Assembly (NCBI RefSeq): GCF_035594765.1
Contig: NC_085842.1
Location: 315,751,749 to 315,815,748, forward strand
Direction of reading: 5' to 3'
DNA from: Anolis carolinensis
Taxonomy: Eukaryota
DNA length: 64,000 bases
The notes beneath the pieces were generated by a model that ran no database searches, was not told the origin of the DNA, and saw only the letters and a program-made list of their open reading frames with translations. The translations under genes were made by a program, and so were the position numbers. Of the stretch, positions 13,051 through 24,585 are shown piece by piece (positions within the stretch are counted from its first letter, which is position 1; every line of letters starts with the position of its first letter).

Positions 13051-14229
13051 TTAACAAGAGATATCATTCAAGCCCTTCTTAACTCTTTTGATTTCTGTTT
13101 TCTTTGGTAGGACATGTTATATCATCATGATGTTCTAGCATGCCTTACCATCATACTGTTATGCTGCTATACATCCGTTCAGCAAACCAAACACAAAACA
13201 AGAGGTGGGGTACATAAGTCAGGAATTATGCTGACTAATTATGCAGAATATGGAGGGAAAATGCAAATAACACTGTGAAAGTGCTATCATGGCAAGGGTA
13301 CAATAGAAAGCATCAGCTGTCCTCAAGAGAATGACTGTAGCAAATTTCAAATGCAATAATGTGGCAGAAGGGAGTGATGAAATAAGACAGCCAATCTAGT
13401 CAGTACTAACCAACAGGATTCAGGCTTACAGCTCATCTTTTTTTAGCTTCCTCAGTATTGGCAGACCAACAATTTTCAGAATGTACAGAAAGCTGATCAG
13501 AGAAATGTGTGTAACTAATTACCTAAATCTTTCTGTTCTACTCCCTCATGAATTTGTTTGCTAATGGCTTGAAACAGATGTGTGAGGATTTTACCTGGAT
13601 GTTGTTGCATCCATTCCAGCCTCAGCTAAGAAGGAACTATTTTCTCTCCACTCTTTAGCTTTTCAAAATGTATTATACACCAATTATTCTTTCACATCAC
13701 TTTTCTCCCTCCCACATTTCAACATATCACCATACTTAAATGCAACATTTGAAAGAGTTGGAAAAATAATTACAGTTTTGTGCCTAGATAAATTCCATTT
13801 CCTTCTCGTAATGCACCTATGCCATATAATTAACACATTTTATATTTAACGTTCATTCCCCTCTTCAGATTTTCAAGATTGAATTCAATCTGGCTTCAGA
13901 TCTGGTTAAGGACAGAGATGGCTTTGCTTCACTAGAGTGGTCTGAGGGATCCAAACTGCACCAGGTGGCATGATCAGAGGGGGTGACGGTCTATAACATT
14001 TTTGTGCAGTGCTTTGATAAATATTTTATATACCGTATATCCTCGAGTATAAACCGACCCGAATATAAGCCGAGGCACCTAATTTTACCACAAAAAAACT
14101 GGGAAAACATTGACTCCAGTATAAGCCGAGGGTGGTAAATTTCAGAAATAAAAATAGATACCAATAAAATTACATTAATCGAGGCATCAGTAGGTTAAAT
14201 GTTTTTGAATATTTACATAAAGCTCAATA

Positions 14230-14460
14230 AAGACGACCCAGACTGTTATATGGATAAAGTAGGAGGATATTGGACAAACGGACTTTAAGCATATGTTTTA
14301 TGTTTTATTTTTATACAGTATTTAACTGGTCGTAATACATTTTTATATGTTGTTGTTTTAATTATGTGTCGGCATCGAATTGTTGCCAATTGTACGCCGC
14401 CCTGAGTCCCTTCGGGTGAGAAGGGTGGGATAGAAATATTAGAAATAAATAAATAAACAA
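14230..14460 (+). mobile_element. L2 LINE 3' end nested in the Tc2-like element
   Basis: Terminal GCCGCCCTGAGTCCCTTCGGGTGAGAAGGGTGGGA plus (AAAT)n tail. Confidence 0.85.
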
Positions 14461-14735
14461 ATTTAAGATAAGACTGTCCAACTCTGATAATCATTATTCT
14501 CATCTTCTTCAATGTATATGTGCTTATGTATCCTTTTAATAATAATAGAGTAAAATAATACATGTAATAATAATAATAAATACAGGAAAATAATACATGT
14601 AGTAATAAATAGAGTAAAATAATAAATGCAATAATAAAAATAATAAGATCAGAGTGAAATAATAAATGCATTAATAATAATAATAAAAATAGAGTAAAAT
14701 AAATGTAATAGTAGCAACAATAATAGAGAAAAATA

Positions 14736-14975
14736 GGCCCTGGCTGTGGCGCAGGCAGGAGAGCAAGCCAGCTGCAATTAACTGCAATGAATCACTCTGA
14801 CCAGGAGGTCATGAGTTCGAGGCCGCTCGGAGCCTATGTTTGTCTTGTCTTTGTTCTATGTTAAAAGGCATTGAATGTTTGCCTATATGTGTAATGTGAT
14901 CCACGCTGAGTCCCCTTCGGGGTGAGAAGGGCGGAATATAAATGCTGTAAATAAAATAAATAAAATAAAAATAAA
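14736..14975 (+). mobile_element. tRNA-derived SINE with L2 tail (Anolis SINE2-like), short form
   Basis: Head GGCCCTGGCTGTGGCGCAG, B-box GAGTTCGAGGCC, L2-type tail CTGAGTCCCCTTCGGGGTGAGAAGGGCGG plus A-rich tail. Confidence 0.85.
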
Positions 14976-15616
14976 AATAATAAATGTAATAATATCAATA
15001 ATAATAGAGAAAAATAATAAATGTACCATATATTCTCGAGTATAAGCTGACCCAAATATAAGCCAACCAGGACCCTCACCCGAGTATAAGCTGAGGGGGG
15101 CTTTTTCAGTCTTTAAAAAAGGGCTGAAAAACTAGGCTTATACTCGAGTATATACAGTATATAAATATTCCTGCAGTTACATATAACCACAGAAATGATT
15201 TTTGTAAACCCAAATTACATGTACTGTATCAACATACTTACAAGGTTAAATCTCTATACTAGTTTACTTTTTGAACCTTTTAGTGTGCCTGTGCTCCAGT
15301 CAGAGCTGTTATTACTGTTCAATTACTCTGACTTGTTGAATTATGAGATTTTTTTTTCTATTGGGTATATTTTTTTCTAGTTGAAGGCATTTTCAATTTT
15401 TCTGACATTTTAGCTACAATATTGTAATATGGTTTTGTAGGGGAGGAAGTCCAAGGGGGTAACACCATGAGTTACCTTACTAGAGGACACTAATCCTGCT
15501 GATGATTTGGTGGGTGGTTTGCTCCAGGAACTGGATAGGGGAGTGTATCTGATTTGTTTTGCTGGACGACTCGCTTGCGTTGGACATCACTGACCATTAT
15601 TGGTAAATAAATATTG

Positions 15617-16140
15617 CATAGAATCATAGAGCTATAGAATTATAAGAAGCTACAATGGCTACCCAGTCCAACTCCTTGAATTGCAGGAACACACAATCAA
15701 AGCACTATTTACTGTGGAACAGATCTTATAATCACGAAGTGCTTTTTAATATTCAGACACAAACTCATTTCCTGAAGTTCAAATCCATTGCTCAATGTTT
15801 TGTTTCTGGGGAAAAAATCCATCAATATGACATCCTTTACAATATTTAAAGATGGCTATCATGTCTGCTCTGAACTTTCTCTTCTCCAGGCTAAGCATAT
15901 TCAGATCCCTTAGCTGTTCCTCATAAGGCTTGGCTTCCAGACCTTTTATCATCTTGGGGTCCTCCCAGACAGGCCCTATATCCCAGGATTTGTTCCCAGG
16001 TTTTCTGTTCATCCCAGATTCTCTGGCAATGTGGACTCATATAATCCACTTTAAAGCAGAAAAACTGGGATCAGATCCTAGGATATAAGGCCTGTCCGGA
16101 AGGGTCCTCCTTTAGACATGTTCCAATTTGTCAATATCTT
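15617..16140 (-). mobile_element. CR1 LINE 3' fragment containing a MITE
   Basis: CATAGAAT tail repeat; translated MIKGLEAKPYEEQLRDLNMLSLEKRKFRADMIAIFKY matches the CR1 ORF2 C-terminus. Confidence 0.85.
15956..16107. mobile_element. PIF/Harbinger-type MITE inserted in CR1
   Basis: Inverted ends CCAGACAGGCCCTATATCCCAGGAT / ATCCTAGGATATAAGGCCTGTCCGG. Confidence 0.75.
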
Positions 16141-18184
16141 AATCTTAATATTTTATTTATCATGCTTACAATCATGAGTATTTTACTCAAAGCAGTGCTA
16201 GATAGTGGAGAACTGAAAAAATCACGGGGGATATTTATTTGGGAGACAAAAGTTAACCCCCTCCCCAAAAAATAGCTTTGCTAGTTAATAGAAACTAGTT
16301 CCCTATTGCTATTGCTCGTGTTTCAAGGAGGCCCAATTGAAATGACCTGAAGTTCTAATCTTCTCCTAACCTTAAGGGTTCCTTCCTGGTTGATGCATTT
16401 TGGCTTAATTCCTGCAATCCTTTCTAATTAAATTTTTCTTTATAATACTAAAAGCTCTAATGCTTTGCCTCCTCTTCATCTCAGAACAATGGAGCCATTA
16501 TCTGTATGCCCTGCAGGCTTCTTTCATTCCCTTCTTTTGAACTTCTGAATGATTTCCTTGGGATTTTGGTTGCTTATGGACTGACATTTCCTTGGCAGTC
16601 TTTTGATGTAAACGTTTATGCCACTGTTTCTATGACAATGGGACAATGCCATAGTGTTTTAATTGGATTTATTATTATTATTATTATTTATTGTTCAGAA
16701 GACTCAATATGGTTTAATAACTGGCTCAGATGTTTTTCATATAATTGCTGGCAGCTATAATCTTCTGTTTTATATATTTCTCTTTAGACTTTTCTATTGT
16801 ATTTTTTTCCTGACAATTTAGGAATCTATCTTTTTCTTCCTTTAATCAAAATCTCTCTTTCTGAAACTATAGTTATTGGATGACAGTTCTTTTAATGCCT
16901 CAAGCATCCTGTAATATTCTTTATGAAAGCCTAAGAGGGATCTATGGAGAGGAATCTTATAATCCTTAACTTTCTCACACCATTGACTTGTGGCTTCCAT
17001 ATACGTGGGACAGTGAATCCATACTGAGTTTTAACATGAACTGACAGCTTGGGATCTCAAACTTTTTTCTCCACTTCACTGACTGCCACTACCTTACTGC
17101 CATGTGTAAAGTGAATGCCATCTTCCTCTAGCTATATGTTTGTCTATGGAGAGAAAGATGGGTTATCAATTCTTTGCCAAAGGTTTCTATGGATAGAAAA
17201 GTGCGTTCTTAACCCTTACTGGTGTCAGTTACAAAAAATAAGAGAATCACAGAAAACTGTGATACGTGTATTTTAAGGCTAAGAGCAGCACAAAACTCAT
17301 ACAATCCTAGAGTAGAAATATTATGGGTCCAATCTCTTGGTCAATGTAGGATCTGTAGTAATTGTCTACCCTCTTTTTGAGGACATTCAGAGAATATGAC
17401 CCTATGCAATTGGTTCCAATGCTGAAATAAAGCTGATGATATCCTGAGAAGGCAGCAACGTGTCCTTGAGCTTTTAAAAATGTGAAGAATACTTAAAAAT
17501 ATTGCAAGCTGCAAAATGACAACTAATTATGACATGACTCTACAGGAGTCTCTGCTACAACATATCCTACTGAGGTATGCTAGTGACAGGTCCCTTTATG
17601 CAGGCTATTTTAAAATCTCTAAGCTTTAGGAATCCTGACACTTACCATGCCCTTATTCTTCAATTAGAACCTTGCTGGATTTGATTGCTAGGTCTCAGGG
17701 TGACCTTTTCAATGTGGACCTGTGGTTGTGCTGGTGTGTGGATTCTTCAGTTTTAGATATGTGTCACCTGACTCCAATTAAGTCTTGGCAGCCAACCAAA
17801 AACAGGTTCAAGAACAACAGGAATAGTTTTATTACACCTGGTAGAAAATATATTTTATTGTTCTATTGATTAAGCTCGGTCTAAGCCATATCTTTTCGAA
17901 ATCCAAAACTCTCTGTGTGCACTCTCCCGGATATTCATGGGGGCATCCAGATGACTCCCCATGAATTTGAGAATGCTTTTTGGCACAAAGCAGGAAAACT
18001 CTGTTTTACGCTGAGATTATTTGTTAGTGGGTCAGTTCCACGCCTTCTTGAAAGGCACAGGACAAAATCACTATTTCTGCTGTCTGGACTGCTCCCTCAG
18101 AAGTTCTGGGGCTTCTGAGGAGGCTGTCTGCACAATGTCTCATATTTTTCCAGGCTGATTCAGCCTGGAAAACCGCAAGAGCAC

Positions 18185-18405
18185 CTACCCCCTCCCCGTT
18201 CCCCCCACCCACCAAAAATACCCTTTAAAAACTAAAAGAACTTACCCAGCCACCATTAGCGTGGTGTTGGAGCTCTCCTGGCACATAAGAATCACATGCC
18301 AGGAGAATGGGGGGCAGAAGGAGAGCTCCGGCACAATGCTAATGGAGGTCAGGTAAGTTTTTTTAGTTTTAAAAGGGTTTTGTGGGGTTTGGGGAGGGGG
18401 GTCTG
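18185..18405. repeat. Inverted repeat, probably the core of a DNA-transposon remnant spanning about 17880-18530
   Basis: TTTAAAAACTAAAAGAACTTACC / GGTAAGTTTTTTAGTTTTAAA with C-rich and G-rich outer arms. Confidence 0.55.
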
Positions 18406-20305
18406 AGGGTCTCCCTGTTCTCCCAGAAAGCTCGGACTTTTGTGGCAGCGTGCAGACTACAGTCCACCTCAACTTGGATTCCTTAAACCCAGGTCGGCAT
18501 GGATTTTACAGCTGTCTGGAACCACCCTGTGTCAGCTCAACTCTCTCTCAGTTCCAACTTCAAACCCTGACTGTATGAAATCCACGCTTTGAATGAATTC
18601 TCTGAGGCACATCATCCTTCCACCAGTGCCATTTGATTTCTTTGGTTGGTGCAACTGCCTGGCTTTTTTAGGTGATTGGCTCAAAAGATCATAGCTATGT
18701 TAGTCCAGGATTGTCTTATTGAGGATTTCCTCACATTTAAGAAACACAGGTTTTCACTTTTTTTGTATATACAAACTTTAAGTCTTAAAGCAACAGAAGA
18801 TCTGTCCCATATTTGACATGGCAACTTTAGAAGAGAGAAAATCTAGAAGCAATGGATCTCATCAATATCCATACTCGGCACACTGTTGGATGTTATAAAT
18901 GTGAGTACTGCTTAAAACCCACAGCATTTGCAGGTCAAAGAATTTGTGGGCAATAGAAAATATTTCCCAAGGTCGTTTTGATTATTGCAATTTGGACTAC
19001 ATTTGGTTGCCTTCATGTCCTGGGGTGCTTATTGGAAAAATATCTAGTCTGATATGATGTAGAAATAGAACGTTTTCAACATGAGAAAGCCCACAAAATG
19101 CAGCCTTTCTTGCAACAGCCCAACTTCTTCCTGACTTTTAGCTCTAGAGAGGATAAGACGTTTGTACTCGAGATGATTCTTCCACCCTTGAATTAGCTGA
19201 GCATCTTTTTTCTCTCCATGTTGAAGATTACCATCCCATTTGTCTGCTAAATTTGCTAATAACATTCACCCTGTGACACCCAAACATGAAGGCAAACAGA
19301 AAACACTAAACCCCCAATTGCAAATCCTTATGTAATCCCCTAAATAGGCAACATTTGCATAGCAGGCTTGTTAAGAGGTGTCAGCTCGATGGGCCTAAAG
19401 GGATTAGGCTTGCTTTGGAAGGCTGGGAAAGAACTGTGCAACAAAGTTCTGTGTGTGGACACCTGAAAGTCATTAGAAACAGCCCAAGTCAGAGTGAAAT
19501 GCACTTTCAAAAATCCATTGGTTTAAATTTCCACTGCATAACTAAGAATTCAGTAATTATGGAACATATTTTAGCTTGGAAGAATGGGATAGCCAGTAAG
19601 TCATAAAAATGTCTGCTCAGCTTCAGCAATAGGAAGTGTATGGTAATTATTAATAAGGGAAGAAAGTGCAAGGCATTTTGAAGATACATAATTGATTAAG
19701 GAGTGGCTATGATGGGCTCATAAAAATAATCCATGCGTGTACATTGTTTTCCTACATTAGCAGGGGAATGCGGGGAGGGAGGCGAAAACATCTTGCCAAT
19801 AACTGAGGCAGGGGGAACAGAGCTTGCTAAACTCAAAAGGGCAACTTCAGTAGTCAATCCCAGTAGTCAATTAGAAAGGATTGTGTATATCCAAAGCTTC
19901 TGCTTGATTGAGTTGTCCTCAGCATTAATACTTTGCTAAATTTGTTGTCCAAACTGTTTCTAGTACTTGGACCAACACATCATTCCCTTATCATTTTTTG
20001 TTTATTTATGACACTATCCTAAATTAGCTGCTATTTTATAAAGTAAAGTCTCCTGTTCTAACCACGCACAGTTTACCTTAAGTGCCTATCACCAGACCAA
20101 CATCTGATCTGAAGTTACCACCCACTCAAGATTGTGACAAGGTCTAGCAAGAGAGGTCTTCCTTCTGTTTGATGTATCCTCCCTCACTGGTTGAAGTAGA
20201 GGCATCCCCAATCAGAAAATGAATTGAACTACTTAACCCAATGTAGTATCTGGTTTGTAAGGGTGGCATTTCATGACCAACCATGAAAAAATGAAACCCA
20301 ATATA

Positions 20306-20896
20306 TGTTGTGGTAATCTCTGAGCGGTTAGACTCAATTTAACCCTCTCTGGGGGAGATTCCACCAAAAATCAGCAGAGTAGCAAAAGCAAAAGCTTTCA
20401 AATGCAACAGTTACTTACACGGGGTGAGCAAAGAGAAGCCTTTGACCATTTGCAATGGAATGCAGAGTCTCAGTAAAAGTTCAAAAAGTATTTATTCAGG
20501 TAAAAAGAACTCCATTGTAGATAGAAAGGCTGTCTAGTCTACTCTAGAATGGTTTCTAAGGAAAAATAAGAAAGGAAAAATAACGAACATCTAAATAGTT
20601 ACATCTTGCCAGGAGAGACAGCAAGATGCTTCTTGTTAGCTAGAAGAACAAAGGGAGAAGAGTGAACCAAAATGGTTCCAACCTCATGGTCCAGTTTATT
20701 GGGGCCATAAAAGTGTCCCTTGAGATTCACATTTCTACTAACTTCAAAGTAAGGGATGTGACATAAACAGGATAGAGTGAAACACAGTAAAGCCTGTCTA
20801 GGCATGCTTTGGAAACAGGGAAAGGATTCCCTCAATCTAACTCTATCATCTATCTAACTACATCTAGACTTAAGTAGTCCAAGATGATTCCCAACA
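20306..20896 (-). mobile_element. Solo LTR (591 bp)
   Basis: TGTTGTGGTAATC...GATTCCCAACA termini, perfect 5-bp TSD ATATA (20301-20305, 20897-20901), minus-strand AATAAA near 20491. Confidence 0.75.
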
Positions 20897-22556
20897 ATAT
20901 AGACATTTGATTAAACATAGGTTACTTGATTGATCTATATTTATTTTATTTATTTCTGCATGAGGGCATGAAGCAACTTGATGAAGGTCTTAGGTAAGGC
21001 CAGGTGTCAACTTGTGTCCCTCAGTCCATTCTTGGGTGAAACATCTGACTCAAGGACCATCCAATGCTATGGTTGCTCAGCCTTATCAGAGGTTTTACTG
21101 AGAGGCCAACTGACTTATATTGTTCATCTGATACCTGCTAATGAAAACATATTTATAGACCACATACAAAACCAATAATTCATCCCACAGGTATAGTATG
21201 GGTTAAGGGGAAAAAAATCATACCTGATACCAAAATGACCAGTAAAGTTCGCATTGAACTGAGGGCAGGACAGTGGGTTGCAAACCAAAGGCTGAAACAG
21301 TGCACATGAAGGGGACAACCTGGCTTAAATGCAGTTTTCAGAGGCCCATCAAAGTGTTCTCTCATCTGCAATGTCCTTGACCACATGGCCTTGGGAACAT
21401 ATTATTATGTTGGTTTACATATTGATGTAAAGCAATTAAAAACACATTCAACATACAGCCCATTCAACTAATCCCCCTTTCTCCAACCAGTTAAAGGCTG
21501 AATGCTTTTTAAATTAAGCAGGTCTTTGTTCCTCTCTCCATACATATAAGGAATGTCAGCAGATAGAAAACATAGTTATTATTACATAGAGGAAGATAAT
21601 TTATTAAAGTGTTGTTTGGTAGGAGCACACTTGGAGTTGTTAAGCTATCTGGAAATCTCTGCTTGAAAAATAAAAAAAAGTTTTCAGCCTTAAAAGTTAT
21701 AAAGATAAGCTCGGAAATACCTGATCAATACCTGTTGTGAGCGCAACAGAGAGTGAAACGTGTGAAGGAGATTTCCATTAGCACTGCAACCTGATTAAAG
21801 GAAAATCTTAGCTGATTAATCAAGAGGACTTGGGCAAATTAATTGTTTAATTAATAGATTAGTTTTGCACACATGAGCCCCCAAAATGCAAAGAAGGAAT
21901 GTTTATATTATGGTGCTGCTCATCAACTACAATTCTTATGATGAGATTAAATATATCAGACTCACCATAGGAAGGTGATCAGAAAAGTACACCATGTTTT
22001 GAAACCACATTATTTCTCCCAGGAGACAAAGGACTCCCCATATTTTAAAAATTTTGTGGATAATTTATGCATTCTAAAACAGTTGCCTTTAGTTCATAAA
22101 GCATGGCAGCTTTGCCTCATAATTCCCTGATCATCTGAATGACTCTGAAATGAAACGGTGGCAGAAAAAAGACTCAAAATTGGTCAAAACAAAAAGCTGG
22201 ATTCACTTTGGCTCAAACTGAGGTCAAGGGCAGGAAAACATCTGGGGACCCTCTTCACAGTTCTCCATTTTTCACTAAGGTAGAAATAAAAGCAGGATCA
22301 AATGAAGGTTGGTCAATGGAATTATGGCATAGAAAAGCTGCCTGTCTGAAGAGTTTTTTGGAAGGAAGGAAGGAAGGGAGGGAGGGAGGGAGGGAGGGAG
22401 GGGAGCATATCTGATAAGGAATTCCAAAATCTGAAATATTCCAAAATTGTTCACATGGGTGGCTGAGATCATTACACCATTGCTTTCTTATGGTTCAGTG
22501 TACACAAGCTTTAGTTCATGTACAAAATTATATTTTAAAAAGATTATATAAAATAC

Positions 22557-23530
22557 TAGGCTTGTGCAATCTGGCTAAACCGCAATCCATTTTGGTGTCC
22601 TGGATTTTGATAGGGGTCCTGATCCATTTTTCAGGAGGCTCCCAAATTCAGGAGGACAGAAATCCATTACAATCTGGGAAGCCGAAAGATTAGTTTTTAT
22701 CCAGCCCATTGGTGGCAATGGAGGAATGAGACTTCCCACAGGCTCCCCTTATCGTAATTTAAATAAATAAACACACTTTATTTGTATTCCGCCTTATCTC
22801 CCCGAGGTGTCTCAGGGCAGATTCCAACAAAAATGGCAAACATTCAATGTCATAGTATATTCATAAATACAAGTACATATAATGAACCAACCAGATTCCA
22901 AAATAAACCAACATTGAAGACAAAATTATACTTTACAATCAGAAATTAAATAATAACATAACCTGCCAATTAATTTACACCTAACATAAAAAACATAAAC
23001 ATACATTTATATAAACTTATATCCTTCATTAAGACCTGAATTAAAAGCATCAAAGTTAAGATACCACTCCTTCTTCAATCCTTCCCTTTCTGTCTGTAGA
23101 GGAGACTGGCTTTAATGCTTTGTTAAAGCTGTTTCTACTCTAGAGGAGACAAGAGCTGCAGGTGGGCATGCTCTCTCCCTGCAGCAGGCAGTTTTCCAAG
23201 GCATTTTAAGGAGGCTTCCCACTTTCCAGAGAAGGAAGAGAGATCGACCTGGAGGTATCCTATGCTGAGCTTCCTTTAAAAGCCCTCTCTTCTTTCTAGA
23301 TTTTGAGGTGCGAGAGTAGTGGCTCCCCCCCCTCATGTTTTTCCTTCTAATGGCTGCTTCCCTACCTCACTCCACATGTAACCGAAAGCAGATAGTTTTT
23401 GACAGCCACTGTTCTGTTGCGACCCATAAACAATGTCAGCGAAGCCCATGCCACTATGGACTTTTAAGCCAACCAAATCATCTAAATAAGCTGAAGGTAA
23501 ACATCTATAACAAATCCATGCACAAGCCTA
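22557..23530. mobile_element. Non-autonomous hAT element
   Basis: TIR TAGGCTTGTGCA / TGCACAAGCCTA, perfect 8-bp TSD TAAAATAC (22549-22556, 23531-23538). Contains an L2-type 3' end (-) at about 22775-23075. Confidence 0.92.
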
Positions 23531-23559
23531 TAAAATACCTTCAGGCTATGTGTATAAGA

Positions 23560-24000
23560 TAGGCGTGTGCAATTCGTCAAAAACCCATCCCATTTTCAAT
23601 CCTGTTTTTTGACTGCTCTCGATTATATTTTTCAGGAACGTCCTAATATAGTGAGGAGGAAAATACCATTTATCACATCCATCATCTGGAAGTTCTGTTT
23701 TTGCTTTGGGAAGATCCAGCTCATTGGCGGCAAGGGGGGGGGGACTTCCGAGGCTCCCCTTTCCATCATTTTTAGGGCTATAGGGATATAAATGGTCACA
23801 CATGGAGGACATATTTACCACTGCAAGCCTCCCTGGTTTCAGAATATTTGGGTCATTCACTGATGTTTAAGAAATTCTAAAACTTTCTACAAATAAAATA
23901 TCCTTTAAAAAACTTAGAAGGTATCCCCTGGTATTTCTTCACAGTGACAGTATAAGAGCAGCAGCAGGGCATCATTCCTGCCAACTTTCATGAGGATCCA

Positions 24001-24053
<53 letters not shown>

Positions 24054-24585
24054 CTATATAGGTAGGGCTCAGGAAATTCTGCCTGTAAGGACTCAAGGGA
24101 GTCAGCAATTCCTAGTAAAATAAAAGGACTAAGAAAGATATTAAACTAAGAAAATTTGTTAATGCAGAAGAAAAATAAAAAGGAATTCTCCAAAAGCGTC
24201 CCCATTTTCAAATAGCTACTAAAGCTAACACTAGAGCAGCCACAGTGAGACACACACAGAGTGATCTCTCTCTCTCAAATGCCAAGATACAACTGAAAAA
24301 TTGAAGAAGCTCGTCCATATAGACCAGCTTTGCCAAAACAGACGTGATTCCTTTTTCTTTTTCTGATTGGTTCTGGCAATGCAAAGGTAGGAGGAGGACA
24401 CTTACCCATCCCCACGTGGCTGCTCTTCTCGTCTGGAAACCAATTCAGCCAAAGATTGGCCACCACGTTCCCCGTTATTGCCAATCCCTGCCTACCCCGC
24501 CTGCTTTGTATCTGTGGATTTGGTTGCTAATTTTTGTCAAATCCGCCAAATATGGAACACTTAGCCAATATCATGCGCACCCCTA
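23560..24585. mobile_element. Non-autonomous hAT element, related to 22557-23530
   Basis: TIR TAGGCGTGTGCA / TGCGCACCCCTA, 8-bp flanks GTATAAGA / GTATAATG, shared internal block ATCCAGC.CATTGG.GGCAA.GG..ACTTCC..GGCTCCCC. Confidence 0.85.
24003..24051. repeat. (TA)n microsatellite
   Basis: Perfect TA run. Confidence 0.97.

Larger units (their letters stand above)
14033..15157. mobile_element. Tc1/mariner-superfamily (Tc2/pogo-like) non-autonomous DNA transposon
   Basis: TIRs CCGTATATCCTCGAGTATAAACCGA / TAGGCTTATACTCGAGTATATACAG, TA on both sides (14031-14032, 15158-15159), subterminal TATAAGCCGA repeats, internal AT-rich minisatellite 14540-15030. Confidence 0.9.
13915..15505. mobile_element. 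Old hAT-like non-autonomous element hosting nested insertions
   Basis: Degenerate ends resembling the CAGTGGCGTCACTAGGG..CACC.GGTG / GGGGTGACACCATGAGTTACC..GACAC.AACCCT.GTGA type. No TSD resolved. Confidence 0.4.

Noticed and set aside
16310-16990. Strand-biased stretch resembling a minus-strand LINE ORF remnant
   Set aside because: I could not recover diagnostic protein motifs.
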